From the IMG/VR virus record IMGVR_UViG_3300025679_000006: DNA of 64,000 bases; one strand, 5' to 3'. The notes under the pieces are model-generated. The model did not search any database. It was not told the origin of the DNA and saw only the letters and a list, made by a program, of their open reading frames with translations. Positions 9,083 to 18,457 of the stretch are shown piece after piece (within the stretch, counting starts at the first letter, position 1; every line of letters begins with the position of its first letter). The stretch is from an uncultured virus (IMG/VR IMGVR_UViG_3300025679_000006) (lineage: Duplodnaviria > Heunggongvirae > Uroviricota > Caudoviricetes). A program made the translations under genes and the position numbers.

Positions 9083-9320
9083 GTGGTGCATGACATGTAA
9101 AGAGGACTCGATTGCAACGAAGGTTCGAGTTCGAAAAAGGGACGGAGTAAAGACCGTCTTTGAATATTGCATCAACAAGAATCCGTCCTGCAGATATAAA
9201 GAACAATGGGAGGTAGTCTCAAGTGGCAAAAATAGTATTGAAAAGAAAAGCAGTACCGCCCCCGAGCAGCTCTACTTTGAATTCTGCCGGGCCCGTTGCG
9301 TTCCAGCTTACGGGGTTTAA
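9072..9320 (+). CDS. Small Cys-containing hypothetical protein
   Basis: CMTC...CINKNPSC; overlaps neighbours. Confidence 0.45.
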   Translation: MSLKWCMTCKEDSIATKVRVRKRDGVKTVFEYCINKNPSCRYKEQWEVVSSGKNSIEKKSSTAPEQLYFEFCRARCVPAYGV

Positions 9321-10035
9321 GGAGTTCGAAGACGCGGTACGAATCAATTCTGATAGAAACTTTATGGGTATTCTCCGCGACTTTTACGAGAAGACCTTTG
9401 GAGTTTTCCCGCCATGGACAGAGCACCCAGTAGAACTGGTGCGCACAAAGTTAACCTACGAACTTTTGAAGCGCGACTATGAGAAGGCCGGTGTCCCTAT
9501 GCCAGCGAACGTTAAGCAAAACTGGGAGGCCTCAAGGGATTTTAATATATCAAAAATGACAACGGGAATGAAGGGTCTTGTCGAAGCAAATATTTCTGCA
9601 GAAGAGAAAACAAATGCTCGCAAGTCCCAGAGATCTCAAAACGAAAAGGAGCCCGTAATGGCAACCAAATCCAAAGCAGCAGAATCTAAGAAGGAACGTA
9701 TCTGCGATACGTTTATCCGTTTGTACCGTGAAAATTCCAAAGAGAAAAGAACCGACGACCAACTCGCGAAGGAAATGCAAAAGTGCCACCCCGACAGTAT
9801 TAAGAAGTATGACGGGGCATATATGAACCAAGTCCGTGGGCATTACAATCGCGGAGTTGGGCCCTTCGCCAAGGCAAAGCCCGGTACCCCGGCAGTCGGC
9901 TACGACGCCAAGGGCGTTGTCTTGAACGGCCACGGCACCAACGGCAAGATGAAAAAAGCTCCAGTCCTCGCCAAGAAAGTTGTAGCGATGGCGAAGAAAA
10001 AAATTATACTGAAAAAAGTTCCAGTAGCAGCTTAA
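9223..10035 (+). CDS. Basic Lys/Ala-rich hypothetical protein (possible DNA binding)
   Basis: GGAGG RBS before GTG; histone-like C-terminal tail. Confidence 0.65.
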   Translation: MAKIVLKRKAVPPPSSSTLNSAGPVAFQLTGFKEFEDAVRINSDRNFMGILRDFYEKTFGVFPPWTEHPVELVRTKLTYELLKRDYEKAGVPMPANVKQNWEASRDFNISKMTTGMKGLVEANISAEEKTNARKSQRSQNEKEPVMATKSKAAESKKERICDTFIRLYRENSKEKRTDDQLAKEMQKCHPDSIKKYDGAYMNQVRGHYNRGVGPFAKAKPGTPAVGYDAKGVVLNGHGTNGKMKKAPVLAKKVVAMAKKKIILKKVPVAA

Positions 10036-10042
10036 GACTGTT

Positions 10043-10116
10043 CGCGGGGTAGTTTAACAGGATAAAATCGGTCTCGCTTGAGGCCGGGATTGGGGGTTCG
10101 AGTCCCTCCCCCGCAA
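10043..10116 (+). tRNA. tRNA-like element with initiator-type acceptor stem and non-canonical anticodon loop
   Basis: CGCGGGG/CCCCGCA-A acceptor (C1:A72), TAG...GG D arm, GGGGG-TTCGAGT-CCCTC T arm; CGGTC/GGCCG stem encloses 8 nt (TCGCTTGA); no encoded CCA. Confidence 0.65.
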
Positions 10117-10149
10117 TTTTGAGCGCCAACGGAAGGCCGATGGTAGGGA

Positions 10150-10335
10150 TAGGGAAGGAACCCCGATTAGACGGGCTTCACGAATCTTGCTGAATCTAAT
10201 TAATGTGCAAGCTAGTACCTTTCCTGAGTCCAGTTCGGTGGTCCTTGGGGCAGGGGATGTCCGGGGCATAGATCTACCGGATTCGGTGAATCCGCCGAAG
10301 GGCGATCAAGGATAAAGACCGCCCCTTCCCCAAAT
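10150..10335 (+). ncRNA. Structured intergenic RNA candidate(s)
   Basis: Stems 10151-10158/10218-10225 and 10245-10256/10322-10333 (11 of 12 pairs) with inner hairpins. Confidence 0.35.
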
Positions 10336-10348
10336 ATTTAGGGGTTGA

Positions 10349-11680
10349 ATGAGAACGTTAATGCCACACCAAGTTAAGGCCCTTGAGTATACCAAAAATC
10401 GCAACCGCATAGCTCTGTTTATGGAGATGCGTCTTGGTAAAACTATGGTTGCTATTCGCTGGGACGAGATGAACCGTTCCAAGCGTACGCTTGTCGTGGC
10501 CCCGCTCACCGTCCTCCGAGTCTGGGAAGAAGAACTGCTCAAAGAAGAATGGGCCGAAGAGGACATCGTGACCATCCGAGGGTCTTTGAAAAAGCGTGTT
10601 GAGCTGGCCCACAAAGAGGCCCGTTGGTACCTTGTCAACTATGAAGCTCTACTGGTTACCCCGGAACTTATCTGCGAAGAATATGAATTTGATTGCATTA
10701 TTCTTGACGAGTCCACAAAGATTCGAAGTCCCCAAGCAAGAATTACAAAGCTCCTGAACCAGCCGAGTAACCACCCCCGCAAGGCAATCTTGTCCGGCTG
10801 TCCGGCCCCGGAAAGCGTACTCGACTACTTCGAACAGATGCGGTTCCTTTTCGGGCGGTTCCTTAATTGCAACAACTACTGGCAGTTCCGGGCGCGGAAC
10901 TTCCGACAGGTCGGATACGAGTGGGTACCGTTCAAGACCACCCGGCTAAACCTCCACTACGCGCTGGACAAAGAAGTGTTCTTTATGTCCAGAAAACAAG
11001 CGGGCATTGACACCAAAAAGATATTTGAAAAACGTTTTGTCCCAATGAACGCTGAGCAACTCAAGTTGACTAAACAGATTAAAGCTGGTTTTGCTTTTGA
11101 GACTCCAGCGGGAGACAGAGTCGAAACAAAGTGGGTACCTGTCCAGTATATCTGGTGGGCCCGAATTGCCGGAGGATTCTCCCCGGACGGCAGGCAAATT
11201 TCTGACGCTAAATGTGCCGAGGTTCGGCAGATAATAGAACAACTACCCGAGGGCGAGCCGGTTGTGGTTTGGTTCCGCTTCGAGGAGGAGCTTCAAGCAA
11301 CTGTTAAATTTCTTAGAAGAAACAAATATGACGTGGGGGTGCACAATGGAGAAAATCAAAAAGACGCCAAGCGCTTTGAAGATGGAGAGCTGCGAATCAT
11401 CTGCGCTCAAGCACGTTGTGGACAATACGCGCTCAATTGGAGTAGATCCTCGACGGCCATTTACTATTCGAATTGGTACGATGGCGAAGTTAGGATACAG
11501 TCGGAGGACCGTATTATTCACCCAAAAAAGAGGGATCCACTCCTATATATTGATCTGGTCGCGGAAGGTTCCATTGACGAAGAAGTTGTCTCTATGTTGA
11601 AGATGAAAAAATTTAACTCGAAGGAGTTCGCGTCTGAATTGAAGAAAAGATGGGAGTTAAGGAATGTCAAAACAACTTAA
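10349..11680 (+). CDS. SNF2-family (SF2) helicase
   Basis: LMPHQ, MEMRLGKT, ILDES, LSGCP, QSEDRI motifs. Confidence 0.88.
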   Translation: MRTLMPHQVKALEYTKNRNRIALFMEMRLGKTMVAIRWDEMNRSKRTLVVAPLTVLRVWEEELLKEEWAEEDIVTIRGSLKKRVELAHKEARWYLVNYEALLVTPELICEEYEFDCIILDESTKIRSPQARITKLLNQPSNHPRKAILSGCPAPESVLDYFEQMRFLFGRFLNCNNYWQFRARNFRQVGYEWVPFKTTRLNLHYALDKEVFFMSRKQAGIDTKKIFEKRFVPMNAEQLKLTKQIKAGFAFETPAGDRVETKWVPVQYIWWARIAGGFSPDGRQISDAKCAEVRQIIEQLPEGEPVVVWFRFEEELQATVKFLRRNKYDVGVHNGENQKDAKRFEDGELRIICAQARCGQYALNWSRSSTAIYYSNWYDGEVRIQSEDRIIHPKKRDPLLYIDLVAEGSIDEEVVSMLKMKKFNSKEFASELKKRWELRNVKTT

Positions 11681-11811
11681 AGAAATCCCACTCAGCAACG
11701 TTCACTATGCTTCAAGAACCTGCGGGTGGAAAAACAAAAAGAAATACGGCAAGATAGTCGCAAAGGCTCTCGCTTCCGGGAGTCTCGGACAATATACTGG
11801 AGTAGGAATTT

Positions 11812-12261
11812 ATGAAAAGAATGACGATAGATCCGGGGGCCAACTCTTCGGGGTGGGCGATCTGGGACAAGAAGTGGACTCTGATTGACAACGGCATTTG
11901 TACCCCAGACCCGAAAGACGAATGGGAGCTTCGCGCACTTGCCAACGCTCAGAACCTTCTTGAGATTGCGGAGCACCATGAAGTTGACGAAGGCTATATT
12001 GAGTACCCGGCTTTCTTCCAGACGCATGGGGCCGGTGTAGCAACCTCTGGAGCTCTGGTCAAGCTGGCCTACTACGTGGGCCTTGTGTGCGGGACAATGC
12101 CGTTCCCGGTAAAGATTGTAACGGTGGGGGAGTGGAAAGGTCAGCTGCCGAAGAAGGTTGTTATTGAGCGTATCAAGAGAATTTTACCCGGCGTTGAGGC
12201 GACCAAGGACGACTGGGATGCTATTGGTATTGGACTTTTTCTTTCTGGGAAAATGATGTGA
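11812..12261 (+). CDS. RuvC-like Holliday junction resolvase
   Basis: TIDPG, YIEYP, WK, DDWDAIGIG motifs. Confidence 0.75.
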   Translation: MKRMTIDPGANSSGWAIWDKKWTLIDNGICTPDPKDEWELRALANAQNLLEIAEHHEVDEGYIEYPAFFQTHGAGVATSGALVKLAYYVGLVCGTMPFPVKIVTVGEWKGQLPKKVVIERIKRILPGVEATKDDWDAIGIGLFLSGKMM

Positions 12262-12397
12262 GCACTTGGATCCTTAAAGTTTTTATAGTAGAGTTCTGGG
12301 CTGGTATGTTATTCTGTTGGTTCAAGAAGGACTGGCCGATGTTTATCTATTACCTCGGCGGGTGCCTAATTAACATTGGTGTCTTGATGGGGGTGAA

Positions 12398-12940
12398 ATG
12401 AACATTGGGAACCGGGTTAAGGTTTTGATGGAATGCGATGGGAAGAAGTCGATCAAGTTTGAACGAGGCCGGATTATCTACATGGGTCGCCGGGCGTTGG
12501 TGGAGTTTGACCGGCACGTGTGTGGGCACGATGGGAACGGCCTCGGGGTTAATAGAAAGTGTTGGATGGTGGACCTGAATAAAATAAAAGTAATATCAAC
12601 CGCAGTTCAAATCGGAGGTACAAGAATGAGCAGAGAAATAATTGATTGCAAAAATGAAGCTAAAGAAGTTCAGAGGGGTCTGTTTGAGATCTTTGCAATC
12701 CAGCTTTCAACCGACAAGATTGTCTTCGAACAGAAGGTAGTCGCGGACGGGGAGAACGAAGCTCTTTACGAGTCCGACTTAAAGGACAAACTCAAAGAAC
12801 TTAAAATTAAAAGGGACGAGGTTTGTCTTATCGTCCGCGAGATCGGGCCCGTTGCGCCGAAATCGAAACCGCACATGGTTCGCTTGTTAGATAAGGTTTG
12901 CGACTTTGTGGGTGGAAAGGATAGCCATGAACGCCGTTGA
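12398..12940 (+). CDS. Hypothetical protein
   Basis: 180-aa ORF in operon order. Confidence 0.55.
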   Translation: MNIGNRVKVLMECDGKKSIKFERGRIIYMGRRALVEFDRHVCGHDGNGLGVNRKCWMVDLNKIKVISTAVQIGGTRMSREIIDCKNEAKEVQRGLFEIFAIQLSTDKIVFEQKVVADGENEALYESDLKDKLKELKIKRDEVCLIVREIGPVAPKSKPHMVRLLDKVCDFVGGKDSHERR

Positions 12941-13229
12941 AAAACAAAACTCAATGCGTCTGCTCTTGAGCGTCAAAGAACTGGCGTGGTTTAAGGAAAA
13001 ATACCCGGAGATCAAGTGGACAGCCGGGGATACCAACATTCGCTGGAACGCCAACGATCCGGACGAAGTCGCGCTGGCCCGTAAAGCGTTCCAAGCCTAT
13101 CGGGAGAAGCACCCGAAGGCGATGGCTTTCCGCGTGAACCCGGAAAACAAGAAGGACGCGAAGTCTATCGACCACTTCGACCCGAACGCCGAGCAAATTA
13201 TAATGCAGGACTTTCTGCACAAAGGCTAA
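12927..13229 (+). CDS. Hypothetical protein
   Basis: AAGGA RBS before ATG 12927. Confidence 0.6.
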   Translation: MNAVEKQNSMRLLLSVKELAWFKEKYPEIKWTAGDTNIRWNANDPDEVALARKAFQAYREKHPKAMAFRVNPENKKDAKSIDHFDPNAEQIIMQDFLHKG

Positions 13230-13230
13230 A

Positions 13231-14193
13231 ATGGAATTCATGGTTGAACATAGCTCTCCGAGCAACCCTTTTCACGGACAAATCTCTTGTCGCTACATGG
13301 ACTTGATTACTGGGGAAACGAAAATAAGAACTCAAGCTTTCCTGCACGACCGGGAAGATCGAGCGGAGTGGTATGTTGACCGCGTTAAAGAGCAGATGAA
13401 AAGAGAGATTACCCAAGAGCTCGGGCAACAAGCAGTTGAGATACAGGAGCACCGACAAATGGCGACACTCAATAACCACACGCACACCATGGTAACATAC
13501 GCGACACCAGAACAACACTGGCAGGATGCGGTTCAATATCAACGAATGTATCAACACGGCGTGTTCGGGACGGCGTTGTCGGACACAACCGCTCAGATGT
13601 ACACGCAAGTCCAGATGTCTACCGCACTACCGATTCATTTTATGGGTATAGATCCTTGTGGGCCCGTCGAAAGTGAAATTGAAATTGAATTCCCCCTCGG
13701 CAAGCGCATGTTGACAATGCGCAAGAAGGCGGAGAACGGCAAGGTTGTTGTTACGATGGAAGACATTGGCAAAGCCATTACCGACGGGAAAGAACAGTTC
13801 ATGTTTTCTATCCACGCCAAGAAAGCCGAAAACCGGGCGGAGAATCTACTCCAGACAATGATCTCCGAGATCGACTTCAGGAACTACAAGGAGAAAGGGT
13901 ACTTCACCTGCCAAGAAAACGGCAAGCTGTACCGCATCTACAAAGACAAGAGCAAGTGGGTGGACTTGTGGGAGGCCAAAGAAGTAAAGGCCGAGTTAAT
14001 CTGGCAGCCGAAGAACCGGCTCTGTACCCACACCGAGAGTCGCGACTTGCCGGACGCGGACGAAGCGTTGTCAAAGTTGATGTTGATTCGTTCGGGCCGG
14101 ATAATCGAACACGCGAATCTGCATCCGGTGAAAGGAACGCGGGGTCTGGAAATGAAACAGCTTAAACACGAGAACGAATTAATTTTAATCTAA
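13231..14193 (+). CDS. Hypothetical protein
   Basis: 320-aa ORF abutting neighbours. Confidence 0.7.
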   Translation: MEFMVEHSSPSNPFHGQISCRYMDLITGETKIRTQAFLHDREDRAEWYVDRVKEQMKREITQELGQQAVEIQEHRQMATLNNHTHTMVTYATPEQHWQDAVQYQRMYQHGVFGTALSDTTAQMYTQVQMSTALPIHFMGIDPCGPVESEIEIEFPLGKRMLTMRKKAENGKVVVTMEDIGKAITDGKEQFMFSIHAKKAENRAENLLQTMISEIDFRNYKEKGYFTCQENGKLYRIYKDKSKWVDLWEAKEVKAELIWQPKNRLCTHTESRDLPDADEALSKLMLIRSGRIIEHANLHPVKGTRGLEMKQLKHENELILI

Positions 14194-14203
14194 GGAGCGT
14201 GCG

Positions 14204-15193
14204 ATGGTTGATTTTAAGAAGATGTTGGCGGACAAAAAATTCTACTCCTACGAGCGGGACGGAATTACCCAAGGCTTAATCGGGATGTGGTTGGAGTGCC
14301 GGCAGAAGGCTAAGTATTTTATTCAAGGCTACTCCGGCAAGGGTTCGTCTTTCGCTCTCACCAACGGTACAATAGGCCACGGAGTTCTTCAATATGTCTA
14401 CGACGGCTACCGGACGGGGAAGATTAAAACAATCCCCACTCGTCTGGAAGTCAAGAAATACACAGCGGTGGTGGAGAAGATCTTTATGAAGGAGAATCCG
14501 AGGGCAAGCAAGAGAACGCTTGAAGATCTTGACCTTGCGTTGATGTATGCCGAAGCGTTGATGCCTCTTTACTTTCAACGCTGGAAGGACGACTTCAAGA
14601 AGTACCAGTGGCTAAAGGTGGAGTCCGCCTTCAAGCTTCCCTTCACTACTTCGGACGGCAGGAAAACTTTTATCCGGGGCAAGATGGACGGGGCCTTTAA
14701 GAGCAACGGGAACTGGCTTTTTGAAAGCAAGTTCAAAAGTATAATTAACGACAACGACTTGGTGGACACGCTTGGGTTCGATACGCAGTGCATGGTTTAC
14801 CTTTGGGCCCTGATGACCGGCTACAAACTTAACCCGCAAGGCGTCTTGTACAACGTAGTACGCAGGCCCGGCCTTAAGATTAAAAAAGGCGAGGCCCTTG
14901 TTCAGTTTTCAAAGCGCGTCCAGGAGGATATCGAAGCCCGGCCCGAGTGGTATTTCTATCGCTACGAGATCTTCATCGACAAGGACGATATCAAGAAGTG
15001 GACAACAACTCTTGACGCTATGGTCATGGAGTTCATGGACTGGTGCGACGGTACCGCAGCCACCTATCGTAATACCGGAGCGTGCGTAACGAAGTATGGC
15101 AGGTGTTGGGGCCTGACCACATGCGCGGACGGCAACTTTCACACAATGGAAAAACGCCCTACCGTTTTCCGAGAACTAGCGGAGGATCTATGA
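14204..15193 (+). CDS. PD-(D/E)XK nuclease (RecB/Cas4-like phage exonuclease)
   Basis: C...GTIGH, GKMDG, FESK, QCMVY, C-terminal C..C..C cluster. Confidence 0.85.
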   Translation: MVDFKKMLADKKFYSYERDGITQGLIGMWLECRQKAKYFIQGYSGKGSSFALTNGTIGHGVLQYVYDGYRTGKIKTIPTRLEVKKYTAVVEKIFMKENPRASKRTLEDLDLALMYAEALMPLYFQRWKDDFKKYQWLKVESAFKLPFTTSDGRKTFIRGKMDGAFKSNGNWLFESKFKSIINDNDLVDTLGFDTQCMVYLWALMTGYKLNPQGVLYNVVRRPGLKIKKGEALVQFSKRVQEDIEARPEWYFYRYEIFIDKDDIKKWTTTLDAMVMEFMDWCDGTAATYRNTGACVTKYGRCWGLTTCADGNFHTMEKRPTVFRELAEDL

Positions 15194-15684
15194 AGCCTGT
15201 AATATATCTTGCAAGTGGGTGGTTTAACCCGGCCCAAAAGAAACAAATGGAAGAGATCTACCGAGTCCTTTTGGAGCTTCGTCTCCAAGGAACTATAGAA
15301 TTCTTCTCGCCCTTCTACGACGGCATTGTCCTCAAAGGCAAGGAAGACCCGGAGTGGAGAAAGAAAATGAAAGAGGTCTGGGAACTGGACATCCAGAAAG
15401 TACGGGAGTCGAACTTGATTGTGGCCTCTACCCAAGACCACGATGTCGGTACCATCTTCGAATGTGGGTATGCGTCTTGTTGTAAAATCCCTATTCTCTG
15501 TTACAACTCCAACCCGGAGTTGGGCCTCAACGTTATGCTGGCACAGGAAGCGCGAGGTTTTATTAAGCACCCGGCTCAACTTCTCGAGGCGATTCAAAGC
15601 TACATCGACTACCTCGAGAGCGCACACGTGCACCAGAACGACGACCCATGGACGTTTAATCTTTGGCAAGGCGAACCTGTATGA
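15190..15684 (+). CDS. Nucleoside 2-deoxyribosyltransferase / nucleotide N-glycosidase family protein
   Basis: IYLASGWF, FSP, WELDI, DVGTIFECGYA motifs; GGAGG RBS. Confidence 0.85.
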   Translation: MKPVIYLASGWFNPAQKKQMEEIYRVLLELRLQGTIEFFSPFYDGIVLKGKEDPEWRKKMKEVWELDIQKVRESNLIVASTQDHDVGTIFECGYASCCKIPILCYNSNPELGLNVMLAQEARGFIKHPAQLLEAIQSYIDYLESAHVHQNDDPWTFNLWQGEPV

Positions 15685-15844
15685 TTGCGATTTTTTTAGC
15701 CCATCCTTGGCTTTCCACATTTTTAATCTGGTGTACAATCTCTGCGCTCGAGAATATGGTAATGTGGATTTGCAAGGGCGAGAATATCTGGAGAAACAAG
15801 AAGTTAGATAATAAACCGAAGCAATAAAAAAGGGAGCGTGCACA

Positions 15845-16171
15845 ATGATTGAGAAAGAAAAAGGAATTAAAATAAGGAAGCCTCAGATAAGTAAAGAGAA
15901 CATAGACGCCCACAAAGGGGAATTGTTTGTTTTTGAAACAATATTAAAAAATCCTATATTCGTAAGAACGGAGAATATCCAGGCGGGGTGGCATATGTGG
16001 CCCATGGTGAAGAATGGTCTTTTTAGTATAAGTTTTAAGACCGTAGATATGGCAAGCCCCGAAGTGGTAAACGTTAAGGACTTAATTAAGTTTTTTAGCA
16101 CACTCGTTAAAGACTCTCTTGAGTGTAGGAAATATCTTAACATACCAAAGAAGAAGGAGGCCCTTAAATGA
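15845..16171 (+). CDS. Hypothetical protein
   Basis: GGAGCGTGC RBS motif at 15833. Confidence 0.6.
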   Translation: MIEKEKGIKIRKPQISKENIDAHKGELFVFETILKNPIFVRTENIQAGWHMWPMVKNGLFSISFKTVDMASPEVVNVKDLIKFFSTLVKDSLECRKYLNIPKKKEALK

Positions 16172-16785
16172 AGAACACCGTAATAGTTGACATTGACGGA
16201 GTCCTTGCCAACTACCGGCTTGGGCTTCTCTACTGGTTCCGGCAGTCTTTCCCGCGCTTCGCGCAGAAAGCAAACGATCATCTCCAGCGGGAGGATACGT
16301 GGATTAACGCGGAGTCAATGGGCGTCTCCTACCGGGAGTATCTTGAAGCGATCGAGATGTTCCGCATGTCGGGCGGGAAGCGAGCAATCCCTTTGTTCGA
16401 CGGGGCTAGAGATCTCCTTACTTGGTGCAAGTATAAGAACTACGAGATCGTTCTCTTAACCTCTCGACCAATTGATCTTTGTTCGAACATCTATCCGGAT
16501 ACAGTTGATTGGCTGCGCAATAACGAACTGCCCTACGACCTGCTTCTTTGGTCGAAAAACAAATCCGAGATGGTCTTTCGGATGCGTTTGATGGACAAGA
16601 TTGTTTTCGCAATCGACGACGAGTATGGGCACATTCTAGATTACCACAAGCTCGGTATCCCGTCTTGTTGGATTGACCTTTACAAAAAGAGCATGGAGCA
16701 TAGCCTGTCCACTTCAAAAATGGAAGACGTTAAAGTCTACCCCAGCATGCGCGCTCTTGTGAATAGTCTGAAGGAGGAAGCATGA
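16168..16785 (+). CDS. HAD-superfamily phosphatase (5'-nucleotidase-like)
   Basis: VDIDGVL, LTSR, K, IDD motifs. Confidence 0.85.
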   Translation: MKNTVIVDIDGVLANYRLGLLYWFRQSFPRFAQKANDHLQREDTWINAESMGVSYREYLEAIEMFRMSGGKRAIPLFDGARDLLTWCKYKNYEIVLLTSRPIDLCSNIYPDTVDWLRNNELPYDLLLWSKNKSEMVFRMRLMDKIVFAIDDEYGHILDYHKLGIPSCWIDLYKKSMEHSLSTSKMEDVKVYPSMRALVNSLKEEA

Positions 16786-17618
16786 GTATCTTAAACACAC
16801 CCTCGATTAAGCTTCTCGACATTAACAAGGATGTCCACGACGTGTTCTCCAAAGTCTGGCTCCTCGCCAAGGATAATACACCCCTCGACGAAATTAAGCT
16901 TCTTGGGCCAAGCGACTTTGACAACTTCCTTGCCACCGACATCCCAACGCAAGAATATATCTTCATGGTCTGGGCCATCGAGGGTATGCCTCGCGCCTTC
17001 TGGGATCAGTTAGACCGCTGTCGGCTGGCTTCTTTTTGGGAACAATCCGCCCGCGTTATTGACCTCTCCCACTTCGCGCAACAAGGCCACTATTGGTACC
17101 CGGACTCTTGTTCCAACGGAGACAACAAGCAAAGGGTATACGAGACGGCAATGCACGCAGCCGAAACGCACTACGCCCAGCTTGTAGACATGGGCGTCCC
17201 GGTGGAAGACGCACGAGGGGTAATACCGATGCACGTCTTGACGCGGGGAACGATGGCCATAAACCTGCGCGCATTGAAAGGGCTCATCAAGAACCGCGTC
17301 TGTTTCATTATGCAAGGTGGGTATTGGTTCCCAATTGTGGACGGTATGATTCGTGAACTCAAGTCTCACCTTCCGGCGAAGACTCTCAAGTCTTTGGTCA
17401 ATCTCCCTTGCTACAAGAAAGACCACTGCCCAGTGGAAGGCAACGTTATGCACCGTATCACCGGGGACGACCCCAATCCGGTCTGTCCAATTTACATTAA
17501 ACGCTTTGCCAAGGACAAGGAGGCCCTCGATGCTCGGGAACATCAAAGGCATCCGGATTACGATCTTCGCAAAGAAAATTATTTCAGTCTCCTCCGCAAC
17601 TTGGGGATTGACGATTAA
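16782..17618 (+). CDS. Divergent ThyX (flavin-dependent thymidylate synthase)-like protein
   Basis: QLDRCRLASFWEQSAR resembles RHRx7SxR; EDARGVIP; INLRAL. Confidence 0.7.
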   Translation: MSILNTPSIKLLDINKDVHDVFSKVWLLAKDNTPLDEIKLLGPSDFDNFLATDIPTQEYIFMVWAIEGMPRAFWDQLDRCRLASFWEQSARVIDLSHFAQQGHYWYPDSCSNGDNKQRVYETAMHAAETHYAQLVDMGVPVEDARGVIPMHVLTRGTMAINLRALKGLIKNRVCFIMQGGYWFPIVDGMIRELKSHLPAKTLKSLVNLPCYKKDHCPVEGNVMHRITGDDPNPVCPIYIKRFAKDKEALDAREHQRHPDYDLRKENYFSLLRNLGIDD

Positions 17619-17632
17619 GAAAGGAGGTAAAT

Positions 17633-18451
17633 ATGGTTAAACTTAAAAGGAAAAGCTCAGTGCCGGACGAGGGGGAAGGGTTAACTCTCCCGACGGAAAA
17701 GACAAAGCCTTGCGACGAATTGCAGGACTACTCAATCTTGCTTTACGGCGCAAAGAAAATAGGGAAGACGTCCCTCGGGTCAATGTTCCCGGACGCCTTC
17801 TTTATGTTCTGCGAGCCGGGCGGGAAAGCTCTCTCAACTTTCGCCCGTCCAGTTAAGAACTGGGTCGAGTTCAAAACGTACGTCCGATTAATCTGCAAGG
17901 ACAAGAAGTTCAAGAACGTTATAATCGACACCGCCGACTATGCGTACGAGTATTGTGTGCGTTTCGTTTGTGCGAGAATGGCAATTGACCACCCCAGCGA
18001 CTTGGAGTGGGGCAAGGGATGGAAGGCTGTAGCATTGGAGCTCAACACAGAGATTACAAAGTTGATGCACTCCGGCAAAGGCGTTATCTTCGTCTCCCAC
18101 TCTCGCGACCTGAACATCAAGAAGCGCGACGGTACCGCGTTCGACAAGACTTCCAGTTCCTTGGCGGGTCAAGCTAAAGAAGCGCTTGAAGGAATAGTGG
18201 ACATCTGGGCGTACTACCACTACGACGGCAACAAGCGCGTGTTGGTGATTCAAGGAGACGACTACATCGACGCGGGCCACCGCGTTGAGGGTCGCTTCCG
18301 TTATTCGGACGGGACTTCCGTTAGGGCAATCCCAATGGGAGCGAACAAAGAAGAGGCGTACAAGAACTTCATGGACGCTTTTGAAAACAAACTGGAGAAA
18401 GGCGTAGTAACGGCGGTCAAACCTAAAATCAAACTCAAACTCAGGAGGTAA
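17633..18451 (+). CDS. Sak4-like AAA ATPase (ssDNA annealing protein)
   Basis: LYGAKKIGKT, IIDT, FVSH motifs; next to SSB-like gene. Confidence 0.8.
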   Translation: MVKLKRKSSVPDEGEGLTLPTEKTKPCDELQDYSILLYGAKKIGKTSLGSMFPDAFFMFCEPGGKALSTFARPVKNWVEFKTYVRLICKDKKFKNVIIDTADYAYEYCVRFVCARMAIDHPSDLEWGKGWKAVALELNTEITKLMHSGKGVIFVSHSRDLNIKKRDGTAFDKTSSSLAGQAKEALEGIVDIWAYYHYDGNKRVLVIQGDDYIDAGHRVEGRFRYSDGTSVRAIPMGANKEEAYKNFMDAFENKLEKGVVTAVKPKIKLKLRR

Positions 18452-18457
18452 CACAAG

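Noticed and set aside
14204..15193. Cas4-like nuclease as evidence of a CRISPR-Cas system
   Set aside because: No array or other cas genes seen; context (Sak4, SSB, PolA) is a standard phage recombination module.
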